Positions 16,759 through 25,757 of a stretch of 64,000 nucleotides of DNA are shown piece by piece. This DNA is from Candidatus Omnitrophota bacterium. Its GTDB lineage: Bacteria; Omnitrophota; Gorgyraeia; Zapsychrales; JANLHA01. The notes beneath the pieces are model-generated. The model made no database searches and had not been told where the DNA came from. It saw nothing but the letters and a program-made list of their open reading frames with translations. The number at the start of each line of letters is the position of its first letter. Positions within the stretch are counted from its first letter, which is position 1. Location: NCBI GenBank assembly GCA_020632535.1, contig JACKFJ010000001.1, forward strand, positions 26,890 through 90,889. The letters are read 5' to 3'. The translations under genes and the position numbers were made by a program.

Positions 16759-19700
16759 CAACGCCATTTATGAAAAAGTTTTTACAAAGTAATTTTGGCA
16801 TCAGTCTGATGATTCTTGCCATAATATTCGGGTATTTTTATTTTGTTAGTTCGGTCAAAGCGGATCATTATCAGCTTTTTAATGTTAAAAAAACAATGAC
16901 TTGGGCGAAATCGGGAAACAGTCTGTATCGTACACATTCGCATAGGACAGTGGAAAATATCCTTTTGTCAGAAGATGGTTGGCGTGATTATATTTTGTCG
17001 TTTAAAGTTGCTAACCTCAAAGATTGTGGATTTGTTTTTGATTATGTTGACGCGCAAAATTATGGTTTTATATATTTGCGCAAAGATTCAAACTCTATTC
17101 TCAGCGGTAATCTGCAACAGGGTCAAACCCAGAATGTAAAGCTGCTCAAAGCCAATCTTGGTGATGTGATGGGTGTGAACGTCGAAAAAAAGGCAGGAAT
17201 TGTTTCTTTTACGGTCAATCAAAATCCTATCATTACAGTTCCTTCGCAAGTTTCTGACGGAAAAATCGGATTTCTCGTCAATGAAGCGAGTTATCCGCCG
17301 ATGCTTTTTCATCAGATTTCTATCAATGGAATTCTTGAATCCGGTCGAACATTGAGCCATGATGTAAACGCAAAATCGGAGAGCGGTTTATATGATATTC
17401 TTCGAAATTTCCTTCCTTTTTATTTGGCTTTCGTTGTTTTTGTGATCTGTTTTCCCATTCTCTTTCCTCGATTTCTTGAGACAATTTTCATTTTGAAGGT
17501 GTTTTCTTTTTTAAAATATGATTTCGTGCAAAATGTTGGCGCGGCATTGGTTCATCTGTTTTTAGCTGGGTGCTTTTTCTGGCCGTTTATATCTCGTGGG
17601 GAGGTGGCGGTTTTTAGTTATGACAATTTGGGGGAGATTTATCCACTTTTTTATTATGCCAAACATAATTTTATGAATATTTTGCAGGGTCACAGCCCTT
17701 GGTTGTGGAATTCGATCCTTCAAAATGGGTTTCCGTTTTATTCCAATCATTGGGACATGATTTACTATCCACTGAATTGGCTCGTGTTTTTGTTCTCTGA
17801 AAAAACGTTATTGACCGCATTGACATTGAAGTCTTTTGTGGAAGTGACTGCTTTAGGGATATTTGCTTACGGATTCTTTAGTTTGGAATTCAAAAATAAG
17901 CGCTGGGCACTTTTTTCGTCAGTGGTTTATCAGATGTGTTCGCTTTTGATTTTCACAATGGGCATTTTTCCTGCGACATCGACTTATTTTGCCATGACAT
18001 TTTACTTATATGTTCTTTGGTCTGTACCTCAAAGGCGAGCATTGACGAACTTTTTATTGTTAAGTTTTGCTGTCGTTTTGATTTTAACTTCCGCGAATGT
18101 GGCGTTTATTTTTTATGCATGTTTGGCATTGGCAGTCATTACGATTTATCGATTTGTTTCTGTCGGAAAGGAGGGGTCAAAACTTTTTGCTTTAACCGCA
18201 ATCGCTTGGCTTACGGGAACATTGATGTGTAGTGTGCGAATACTTTCCTGTTTGCAGGGTGTCACATCAAGTAATCGGATGGTAGAAAACTTTCATACTT
18301 TGCATGATCGCGCGTATATGGCGATACGGCTTTTTGTTCCTGAGATTGCAGGTTGGATGGGGCCCGACGCGCTTAATGTCTTGATGTCGCCAAATTTAAA
18401 GTTTATTTTTCAAAGCCTTGAATTGCCATCATCAAATCCGCAAAATAGTTTTTTTGTGTATTTTGGTGTTGTGCCGGCATTACTTCTTATCGTTAGTTTT
18501 TTGATCACGACAAAAGGCAAACATACTTTTTGGAAAATTTACAGTGTGATTGCTTTAGGGGTTGCTCTTTTGTGGCAGCCGATTTGGGGCGTTCTTAGCA
18601 TTCTGTGTTTGCCTCTTAATCACTACAGTTATCATGCGATCATTTTACCTGTTGGAATTTGTGCTTTGATTGGTTATACCGGAATGGCTTGGGAATTAAA
18701 AAGTTTTGAAAGTGTGAATTTTCGCCGTTATTTGACGGTGGCGATTGGGCTTGTGGTCGCGTATTTTTTTGTGTTTGTTACGTATTTGTTCCCATCATTA
18801 GCTTCGTTGACGCGAATTATTTTTCTCCTTATTGGTTTAGCCATCGCGATTTATTATGTTTTGCGCTATCGCAATGCGATTATTGGTGAAAAATTCCTAA
18901 GATTGATAGGTGGCGCGTTAAACGTTTTGATACTTGCGCTTTTGATTATTGTGACGATTATTCTGGTTGTTGCCCCTATTCCTAAAAAAGAGGATCTTGG
19001 CACGACAATGGTATTGCCGTTTTTATGGATTGCGGCTGCCAGCGCTTTGATGATAAGTTTTTATTATCGAAGAAGAGAAAATTCAAATTTGAAAGTTGCG
19101 TGCGGATTGTCTTTGATTCCGCCGGTTTTAGCCTTATTGGCTAGCGTCGGGTTTGTGATTTCTCCTCTTGGATCTTCGTTGTTGGGATGGGAGCAATCAC
19201 TTAGAGTTTATAGCATCGATATTCTTGTCGGATATATTCGTTTGCTGTTGCTTTTGCAAATAGGCATATTGGGATTTAGTGGTATTCAGAAAAAAATATT
19301 TTCCGTACAGGCGGTTTTTGCGGTGCTCTTGATTTTTACGATGATGGATTTGGTTGTTTTTAACGCGAGATTTAACAATATTACGGCGCCATTTTATTAT
19401 AAGAAAGCTTTTTACCCAAAAGATTTTACTTATAAGGATCTCAGTCCTGATTTTAGAAAACAAATGGATTTGGTCAATTATCGTGCGAGTCATTTGCATC
19501 ATCAGGATTTTAATGCCAACAAAAATTTAGTTTTCGATGTCCCAAGCTATAGCGGCACGGTCGGCTATATGACAAAGCGATTTTCTAAACTTCTTACGTC
19601 ATTTGGTTACCCCGATGGGATTTATATGCTTTATCCAGAAGATTCGACGGAGAATGCGCGTTTTCAGGATTTATCAGCTATTCGTTATGTTTTTGAAAAG

Positions 19701-20198
19701 AACGGACAGTTGACACAGCGACCAAGCGCTTTGGGTCGATTAAATCTCGTTTTTTCGGGGGAAGTGATTGAGGATGATGACAAGATGCTTTCGCGCTTAC
19801 AGGAAGAGTCTTTTGATCCGCATAAGTCTGTACTTTTTTCTCAACCTTTGTCCGCCTTAAAGAATCTGAACAAGGATTCGATCATTGTTCCGATTACGAA
19901 AGCTACGCCTAATCGTATTGAAAGTCGTTTTGATTCCGCGGCGCCGAGTTATATGCTCTTTAGTGAATCGTACGATGAAGGGTGGAAAGCTTTTGTCGAC
20001 AATGTTCAAGTCCCTGTTTTACGCGCTAATTACAATTTTATGGCCTGTGTGATTCTCACAGCAGGGAGCCATGAAATTCGTTTTGTATATGACCCACCGC
20101 AGTATAAACGCAATCTTCTTATAAGCCTCTTTGGATTGACGATTTTTGTATTTGCCGCATTAGTTGCTTTTTGGAGACGACTTTTTGCCGTAAAATAG
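16755..20198 (+). CDS. Large polytopic membrane protein, YfhO-like (GT-C-type glycosyltransferase candidate) with an N-terminal lectin/LamG-like insert
   Basis: More than 20 predicted TM helices. The C-terminal extracytoplasmic domain ends ...SESYDEGWKAFVDNVQVPVLRANYNFMACVILTAGSHEIRFVYDPPQYK + final TM, as in YfhO-family proteins. A ~190-aa beta-rich domain lies between TM1 and TM2. Confidence 0.55.
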   Translation: MTTPFMKKFLQSNFGISLMILAIIFGYFYFVSSVKADHYQLFNVKKTMTWAKSGNSLYRTHSHRTVENILLSEDGWRDYILSFKVANLKDCGFVFDYVDAQNYGFIYLRKDSNSILSGNLQQGQTQNVKLLKANLGDVMGVNVEKKAGIVSFTVNQNPIITVPSQVSDGKIGFLVNEASYPPMLFHQISINGILESGRTLSHDVNAKSESGLYDILRNFLPFYLAFVVFVICFPILFPRFLETIFILKVFSFLKYDFVQNVGAALVHLFLAGCFFWPFISRGEVAVFSYDNLGEIYPLFYYAKHNFMNILQGHSPWLWNSILQNGFPFYSNHWDMIYYPLNWLVFLFSEKTLLTALTLKSFVEVTALGIFAYGFFSLEFKNKRWALFSSVVYQMCSLLIFTMGIFPATSTYFAMTFYLYVLWSVPQRRALTNFLLLSFAVVLILTSANVAFIFYACLALAVITIYRFVSVGKEGSKLFALTAIAWLTGTLMCSVRILSCLQGVTSSNRMVENFHTLHDRAYMAIRLFVPEIAGWMGPDALNVLMSPNLKFIFQSLELPSSNPQNSFFVYFGVVPALLLIVSFLITTKGKHTFWKIYSVIALGVALLWQPIWGVLSILCLPLNHYSYHAIILPVGICALIGYTGMAWELKSFESVNFRRYLTVAIGLVVAYFFVFVTYLFPSLASLTRIIFLLIGLAIAIYYVLRYRNAIIGEKFLRLIGGALNVLILALLIIVTIILVVAPIPKKEDLGTTMVLPFLWIAAASALMISFYYRRRENSNLKVACGLSLIPPVLALLASVGFVISPLGSSLLGWEQSLRVYSIDILVGYIRLLLLLQIGILGFSGIQKKIFSVQAVFAVLLIFTMMDLVVFNARFNNITAPFYYKKAFYPKDFTYKDLSPDFRKQMDLVNYRASHLHHQDFNANKNLVFDVPSYSGTVGYMTKRFSKLLTSFGYPDGIYMLYPEDSTENARFQDLSAIRYVFEKNGQLTQRPSALGRLNLVFSGEVIEDDDKMLSRLQEESFDPHKSVLFSQPLSALKNLNKDSIIVPITKATPNRIESRFDSAAPSYMLFSESYDEGWKAFVDNVQVPVLRANYNFMACVILTAGSHEIRFVYDPPQYKRNLLISLFGLTIFVFAALVAFWRRLFAVK

Positions 20199-20224
20199 CC
20201 GCTTACACCGTGCTTTTTCACAAT

Positions 20225-20253
20225 TTGCTTTAATTGACGTCGAGTGGTATACT
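20225..20253 (+). promoter_or_regulatory. Candidate sigma70 promoter (with extended -10) for the 20340 gene
   Basis: TTGCTT (20225-20230), 17 nt, TATACT (20248-20253), preceded by TGG (TGn extended -10). Confidence 0.45.
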
Positions 20254-20339
20254 TTCACCTGTTCATTGTGTTAGTGTTGGTCAGTCAAATTTAGGACAAA
20301 GCTTGCATGCAAAGTCTCAACTCGTATAAAAAAATATCT

Positions 20340-23300
20340 ATGATTAAAAAAGTCATTTCTAGTTTGATGCTGGTACCTTTTGTTGTGTCAATGATCACGC
20401 CAGTAGGGGCGCAAATGTTGCCCGTCTCGGGAACTCGCGTCGGTTTAACCGCTGGCCTCGCCACGGATGGGCTCGGCATTCCCTCGGACATCGCTTCGCG
20501 GTCCTCGGTCAGCTTCCAACCGCCTGTGCTTTTGGGTCTCAAAATTCATCCTGAGAATCCGCTATTGTTTGACTTTATCGTTGATCAAGGGGAAAGCAGA
20601 CTTTCAGAGGACGATCTTAAAGCTGAAACTGAAAAGCTCGTAAAATATTTTCTTGCCGCGTTAACTATTCCTGATAAAGAAGTTTGGGTCAATTTGTCGC
20701 CTTATGAAAAAGACCGCATTATTCCTGATGTTTTGGGTCAGACGACAATGGGTAAGACAATGCTTGAGCAAGATTATCTTTTAAAGCAATTAGCGTCTTC
20801 GCTTACTAATCCCGAAGAAAAGTTAGGGCAGGAGTTTTGGGGTAAGGTGAAGGCACAAGTTGGTGGAAGTGATGTGCCAATGAATACGTTTAATAAAGTT
20901 TGGATTGTCCCGCAAAAAGCGGAAGTGTTAGAAAGTCAGGGTATTGTTTTGGTTGGTGAAAAGCGCTTAAAAGTTATGATGGCGGATGACTACACTGCGA
21001 TGAACATGTCATCCCCGCAATCTCAATCTCTGTCATCCCCGAATGCTCAATCTTTGTCATCCCCGCAATCTTTAAGCGGGGATCCACTGGCAAAGAATGG
21101 ATTCCCGATTAAAGATTTCGGGAATGACAAAAATATTAAAGCATTCGGGAATGATAACAGCAACGTTTCCTCCCAAGTCTTTCGCGACGTGATCCTTCCT
21201 AACATCGAAAAGGAAATCAATGAAGGCAAGAATTTTGCTGATGTTCGCCAGATTTATAATTCCGTCATTTTAGCCGCGTGGTATAAAAAAGCACTCAAAG
21301 AAAGTTTGTTGGGTAAAGTTTACACTGACAAAGGTAAGGTCGCGGGCGTTGAAACCGATGACAAGGATATGAAGCAGAGAATTTATGAGCAATATTTGTC
21401 CGCGTTTAAGAAGGGCGTGTATAACCTTATTAAGGAAGAGTCTGATGTGATAAGTGGTGACATTATTCCTCGTAAGTATTTTTCGGGAGGGTTGAATTTG
21501 TCGGGCGATCAATTGGAGCGTAAAGTTGTTGCTTTGGCAACTATTGAACAAAATTTAAACGCAAGTTCCGGGATTATTGTTGCGACTGTCCAAGGCGTTG
21601 AAAGCGGGGCGTCGGAGCAAGGAGCGGTACAAAGTCAAGTTTCTTCAAGCGCGGTGCAAAATGTGAATTCAACGCAAGCTGGACGGGTTCAGGAAATTGT
21701 TACTTGGTTAAAAAATAAGATGAGAGATTTATTCGGAGAAAAGAGTCTTGTCGAAGTGAAGTTTTCTTCTGATTTGCTTAATCGCTTGCAAGAAATAAGA
21801 GCAGTTAATAACGAAGCTCCTTTTGCTGGTGATATTAATGAGGATACTTTACGAAAAGTTGTTAATTTTCTTAATGGGCATTTTGATGATGCACTATATG
21901 GACAATCAAAGGTTTTATACTATCACAAGGGCTATCATGAACTATTTGCACTGAAAGCAAATGATTTTCTTCCGAATTCGGATGATAGTTTGACACAAAT
22001 TGCTGCGAAAGAAATCGCTTTAAACAATCGTCTTGATGCCGCTGTTGTGATTCTTCGTGATTTATTGAATTTCGAACCATGGACACTTGGGGAACAAGCA
22101 ATGTCTGAAGGGCAAAAGGTTTCTAAATTGGTCGTTTTGGGATTTAAAGTCAATGGACAGTGGGCGAGATATTCTGAATTAAAGCCTGAGTTGACGAAGT
22201 TAGGAGTAATCATTGCCTCAAGTGCGGTCAACAGCGACGGCAAGACAATGGCGGATGTGATTTTAGAAAATAGCGCTTTATTAGAAGGATCACAAAGCGC
22301 GCAATTGCATTTGCTTTGGTTGCTCCAAGAGGATCCATTGATACAATCCCAAAAGCAATCTGAAGATAGGTATAAAGATATTGCGATTTCAGCGGAAAGT
22401 AAATTTAGCGCGATGACCGATGAGCAATTGGGGCTGGAGTATTCGCGATTTGTCGGCCGAAGCCAACCATTTTATCAACCAGCCTTTGTGAAGAATGAGA
22501 ACAAGGGTATTGTCGGATTTCTTGATGTTCTTTCTTTGAAAGATACTAATTATGGTATGACTAAACTGACTAATTTTTTAGATGATTTTGTCGGTAACTT
22601 TAGAAATGTTAGGCCGGGTGCATTGGCAGTAGCGAATGATAATATTCTTGCTGTCTATATCGAAGCAAAAGCATGGATGCGCGAGGTTCTCTCTCGGTCA
22701 GGCGTGACAGCAGAAAGAGATGCAACATTTGAAGATTTAATTTCTGGTTTGCGGCAAAATAGTGCCCGTTCGACAAGTCAGCCAGCTCCAGAAAGTTATT
22801 GGCAATTTGAATTTGCGATTAATGCGTTATTGCAAGATGTCGCGCCTTATCCAGATGCTTTTAGGGAAGATATTTTTACAATCTTTATGAGCTCACTTGT
22901 TGAATACGAGAGGGTTGAGGAAACAAGATGGGTTGAGAGTATAACATTAGAAAATGGTAACAAAGCTTGGGTACTTAGCGACAATGGAGTACATGAAGAT
23001 TTGTTGCAGGATTATGATCGCTTTGCAAAGTTCTTTACTGCCGTTGGTGTTACAAAGGAGAAAGGTCTTAATAGACAAGTTTTGACATTGTCAGAGGATT
23101 TTATAAGTAAAATTAATGCTATTAAAGCTAATGCTTCTAGCGCGATTGAAGAAGCAGATACTGTCTCGGCGCCGATTGTCGCTCCGGGTGGTATTGACTT
23201 TGACCCAACGAATATGAATTTACAAATTAAGCGTGATGGTAAGGGGGTTCCTTTGCCGATTCCGCAGCAGAACTTTGAACAAATCAATATTCAAGGTCTT

Positions 23301-23417
23301 TCGCCTGTGATCATTAACATCATGCCGGTTAATGCGCAAACTTTACCGATATTTTTAGGACAAGCTTCCAAAGATCCTGCAATTGATCCGAAAGTAGCTT
23401 TGAGTACCGCGAGTTAA
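20340..23417 (+). CDS. Large secreted protein of unknown function (~1025 aa)
   Basis: The ATG at 20340 gives a Sec signal peptide, MIKKVISSLMLVPFVVSMITPVGAQ; the ORF track starts 11 codons earlier. No catalytic motif recognised. There is a conserved-looking C-terminal block APGGIDFDPTNMNLQIKRDGKGVPLPIPQQNFEQINIQGLSPVIINIMPV. The gene contains an in-frame palindromic repeat cluster (21008-21155). Confidence 0.7.
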   Translation: MIKKVISSLMLVPFVVSMITPVGAQMLPVSGTRVGLTAGLATDGLGIPSDIASRSSVSFQPPVLLGLKIHPENPLLFDFIVDQGESRLSEDDLKAETEKLVKYFLAALTIPDKEVWVNLSPYEKDRIIPDVLGQTTMGKTMLEQDYLLKQLASSLTNPEEKLGQEFWGKVKAQVGGSDVPMNTFNKVWIVPQKAEVLESQGIVLVGEKRLKVMMADDYTAMNMSSPQSQSLSSPNAQSLSSPQSLSGDPLAKNGFPIKDFGNDKNIKAFGNDNSNVSSQVFRDVILPNIEKEINEGKNFADVRQIYNSVILAAWYKKALKESLLGKVYTDKGKVAGVETDDKDMKQRIYEQYLSAFKKGVYNLIKEESDVISGDIIPRKYFSGGLNLSGDQLERKVVALATIEQNLNASSGIIVATVQGVESGASEQGAVQSQVSSSAVQNVNSTQAGRVQEIVTWLKNKMRDLFGEKSLVEVKFSSDLLNRLQEIRAVNNEAPFAGDINEDTLRKVVNFLNGHFDDALYGQSKVLYYHKGYHELFALKANDFLPNSDDSLTQIAAKEIALNNRLDAAVVILRDLLNFEPWTLGEQAMSEGQKVSKLVVLGFKVNGQWARYSELKPELTKLGVIIASSAVNSDGKTMADVILENSALLEGSQSAQLHLLWLLQEDPLIQSQKQSEDRYKDIAISAESKFSAMTDEQLGLEYSRFVGRSQPFYQPAFVKNENKGIVGFLDVLSLKDTNYGMTKLTNFLDDFVGNFRNVRPGALAVANDNILAVYIEAKAWMREVLSRSGVTAERDATFEDLISGLRQNSARSTSQPAPESYWQFEFAINALLQDVAPYPDAFREDIFTIFMSSLVEYERVEETRWVESITLENGNKAWVLSDNGVHEDLLQDYDRFAKFFTAVGVTKEKGLNRQVLTLSEDFISKINAIKANASSAIEEADTVSAPIVAPGGIDFDPTNMNLQIKRDGKGVPLPIPQQNFEQINIQGLSPVIINIMPVNAQTLPIFLGQASKDPAIDPKVALSTAS
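21008..21155 (+). repeat. Intragenic cluster of short palindromic repeat units, read through in frame
   Basis: There are three direct 24-nt copies (21008, 21032, 21056). A 30-nt hairpin unit GTCATCCCCGCAATCTTTAAGCGGGGATCC (21056-21085) has an inverted, covarying copy GGATTCCCGATTAAAGATTTCGGGAATGAC (21099-21128). GCATTCGGGAATGAT (21141-21155) is inverted relative to GTCATCCCCGAATGC (21032-21046). Confidence 0.8.
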
Positions 23418-23442
23418 AAAACATAAAAAGCAGTTTGGAGTT

Positions 23443-23475
23443 AACCTATTTCCTTTAAAGAAATAGGTTTTTTAA
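23443..23475 (+). terminator. Intrinsic terminator after the 20340 gene
   Basis: Perfect 10-bp stem AACCTATTTC / GAAATAGGTT (23443-23452 and 23460-23469), a 7-nt loop, then TTTTAATTT. Confidence 0.7.
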
Positions 23476-23551
23476 TTTGTAAGAAGAAGTCATGTTACTA
23501 TAATATTCTTAGTTACAAATTGGTGTAAGTTGGGAAAGGCGGGATTTTAGC

Positions 23552-23938
23552 ATGAGGCTGAATAAAAGACAATTATGGTCAATAGTGGTTTTGGCAATCG
23601 GTTTAGGTGTCTCGACAATTGCGTGCGAAGGTAATCTTGCTCAGAAAATGCTTTATAATCGTGCGCGTAATTTGCATGACCACGGAAAAATTGATAAGGC
23701 TATTGTCGTTTATTTGCGTGTTCTTGAAAAGGATGGCGATAATAGCGCCGTTCACTATGATCTTGGCGTCGCGTATGCAGATAAAGGTGACACCGAAAAA
23801 GCACGCGAACAAATTGTAATTTTAAGAAAACTTGATCGTGCTGATTTGGCAGATGTTCTTAACACGGTTGTTCGTGATTCAAATTCGGTTCGTGTCCGCA
23901 AACGATTGCAAGCTCAACATGATGCGAAAAATGAATAG
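23552..23938 (+). CDS. TPR-repeat lipoprotein
   Basis: Signal peptide with a lipobox-like ...GVSTIAC, then 2-3 TPR-like repeats (YNRARNLHDHGKIDKAIVVYLRVLEKDGDNSAVHYDLGVAYADKGDTEKA). Confidence 0.6.
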   Translation: MRLNKRQLWSIVVLAIGLGVSTIACEGNLAQKMLYNRARNLHDHGKIDKAIVVYLRVLEKDGDNSAVHYDLGVAYADKGDTEKAREQIVILRKLDRADLADVLNTVVRDSNSVRVRKRLQAQHDAKNE

Positions 23939-23973
23939 CATTCCCGCCGCTGTTCGATTATAATTTTGAAGTT

Positions 23974-24879
23974 ATGAAAGCTATTGAAATAAAAAATTTG
24001 ACCAAGGTTTATGCCAATGGCACACAAGCCTTGAAAAACGTCGACCTTGAAGTTGTGGAGGGTGATTTTTTTGCTCTTTTGGGCGCCAATGGGGCGGGCA
24101 AGACCACGATTATTGGGATTGTTACCGATTTGGTTAAGAAAACGTCCGGCGAAGTCAAAATTTTGGGATGCGATATTGAGCGTGATTTTTCCAAAGCGAA
24201 GAAATTTATTGGTGTTGTTCCGCAAGAAATCAATTTAAATATTTTTGAACGCGTTATTGATATCCTTGTCACGCAGGCGGGATATTTTGGTATTCCTCGG
24301 CGGGAAGCGTCTGTTCAGGCAGAAATGCTTTTGAAGCGGTTGGGGCTGTGGGAAAAACGTTTTGGTGTTCCACGCACTTTGTCCGGCGGAATGAAACGTC
24401 GCTTAATGATTGCCCGCGCGCTTATACATAAACCAAAGGTTTTATTTCTTGATGAACCGACAGCGGGTGTGGACGTCGAAATCCGTCATGAAATGTGGAA
24501 ATATTTAAGGGAACTTAATGGCGAGGGTTTAACGATCCTTTTGACTACGCATTATTTGGAAGAGGTCGAACAGATGTGCCGTAATGCCGCGATTATTAAA
24601 GGCGGGGAAATTATTATGTGTAATTCTGTTAAGAAGTTGGTTCAGTTTATGGATACGGAAGTTTATGTTGTTAGTGTCCAGCAGACTAAAGATGTTTCAT
24701 CATTGCAGCATTTTAAACCAAAAGTTTTGGATGAAACAACGCTTGAGGTAGAGTTAAGTCGGCAAGAAACAATTCATGATTTTGTTTTGGCTTTGACGAA
24801 AACAGGAATGATCATGACCGATATTCGGCCTAAAGGTCATCGTTTGGAAAAACTTTTTTTAGAAGTTTTAAATAAGTAG
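23974..24879 (+). CDS. yadG: ABC transporter ATP-binding protein (ABC-2 exporter, YadG-like)
   Basis: Walker A GANGAGKTT, signature LSGGMKRRL, Walker B VLFLDEPTAGVD. It pairs with a YadH-like permease downstream. Confidence 0.8.
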   Translation: MKAIEIKNLTKVYANGTQALKNVDLEVVEGDFFALLGANGAGKTTIIGIVTDLVKKTSGEVKILGCDIERDFSKAKKFIGVVPQEINLNIFERVIDILVTQAGYFGIPRREASVQAEMLLKRLGLWEKRFGVPRTLSGGMKRRLMIARALIHKPKVLFLDEPTAGVDVEIRHEMWKYLRELNGEGLTILLTTHYLEEVEQMCRNAAIIKGGEIIMCNSVKKLVQFMDTEVYVVSVQQTKDVSSLQHFKPKVLDETTLEVELSRQETIHDFVLALTKTGMIMTDIRPKGHRLEKLFLEVLNK

Positions 24880-24963
24880 CTTTATATTTGTCCTCGGCTC
24901 AATGGACGATCCCCTGCTTCGCAGGGGCTGCGTCTAATTCGCCTATGGACAAATATAAAGCTA
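24877..24963 (-). repeat. Palindromic intergenic element, family A copy 2 (inverted relative to copy 1)
   Basis: A perfect 17-bp private stem TAGCTTTATATTTGTCC / GGACAAATATAAAGCTA encloses the conserved core. The left arm starts on the yadG-like stop codon TAG. The element fills most of the 98-nt gap to the permease start. Confidence 0.85.
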
Positions 24964-24977
24964 CTAAGAAAGTACTT

Positions 24978-25757
24978 ATGCGCACAGCTTTTCAAGAACA
25001 GTGGATTGCTTTTGAAACAATTGTCCGAAGAGAAATCGCGCGGTTTACACGCATTTGGACACAGACCCTTTTGCCACCGGTCATTACTCAAACTTTGTAT
25101 TTTGTGATTTTTGGGAAATTTATCGGGGAGAGAATCGGTGATATTCAAGGTGTTAGCTACATGGCCTTTATTGTACCGGGACTTGTTATGATGGCGGTTA
25201 TCAATAGCGCGTTTTCAAATGTTGTGAGTTCATTCTTTAGTGTCAAGTTCCAACGCAGCATTGAAGAACTTCTTGTTTCTCCGACGTCAAATACGGCTAT
25301 TATTAGCGGTTATGTCATGGGGGGTGTCATTCGCGGTATTCTCGTGGGTGTGATTGTTTTTCTGGTTTCTATTTTTTTTACGCGGCCGACCATTCAACAT
25401 TTAGGGATCATCTTGATTTTTATAATATTGACCGCATTGGTTTTTTCACTGGCTGGTTTAATTAACGCGATTTTTGCGAAAAAATTTGATGATGTGTCGA
25501 TTTTTCCGGTATTTGTTTTGACACCACTGACGTATTTAGGAGGAGTTTTTTATTCCATACACAGTTTGCCGGGATTTTGGCAACAAGTTTCTCTATTTAA
25601 CCCAATTCTTTACATGGTCAATGGCTTTCGTTATGGTTTTTATGGATTATCGGATGTGAGCGTCGGAGGAAGTATTCTTTTTTTGCTCGTATTGACAGGT
25701 ATTTTGACATATGCTAATTTTTATCTTTTACAAAAAGGGACAGGAATCAAAAGTTAA
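24978..25757 (+). CDS. yadH: ABC-2 type transporter permease (YadH-like)
   Basis: From ATG 24978 (MRTAFQEQW...) the protein is collinear with E. coli YadH as I recall it (FTRIWTQTLLPPVITQTLYFVIFG...FIVPGLVMM...LTPLTYLGGVFYS...NPILYMVNGFRYGF). The ORF-track start at 24888 would translate the repeat element. Confidence 0.85.
   Translation: MRTAFQEQWIAFETIVRREIARFTRIWTQTLLPPVITQTLYFVIFGKFIGERIGDIQGVSYMAFIVPGLVMMAVINSAFSNVVSSFFSVKFQRSIEELLVSPTSNTAIISGYVMGGVIRGILVGVIVFLVSIFFTRPTIQHLGIILIFIILTALVFSLAGLINAIFAKKFDDVSIFPVFVLTPLTYLGGVFYSIHSLPGFWQQVSLFNPILYMVNGFRYGFYGLSDVSVGGSILFLLVLTGILTYANFYLLQKGTGIKS

Noticed and set aside
24888-24977. An N-terminal extension of the ABC permease (ORF-track start at 24888).
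   Set aside because: The extra 30 codons translate the palindromic element A2. The protein aligns with YadH-type permeases from the ATG at 24978.
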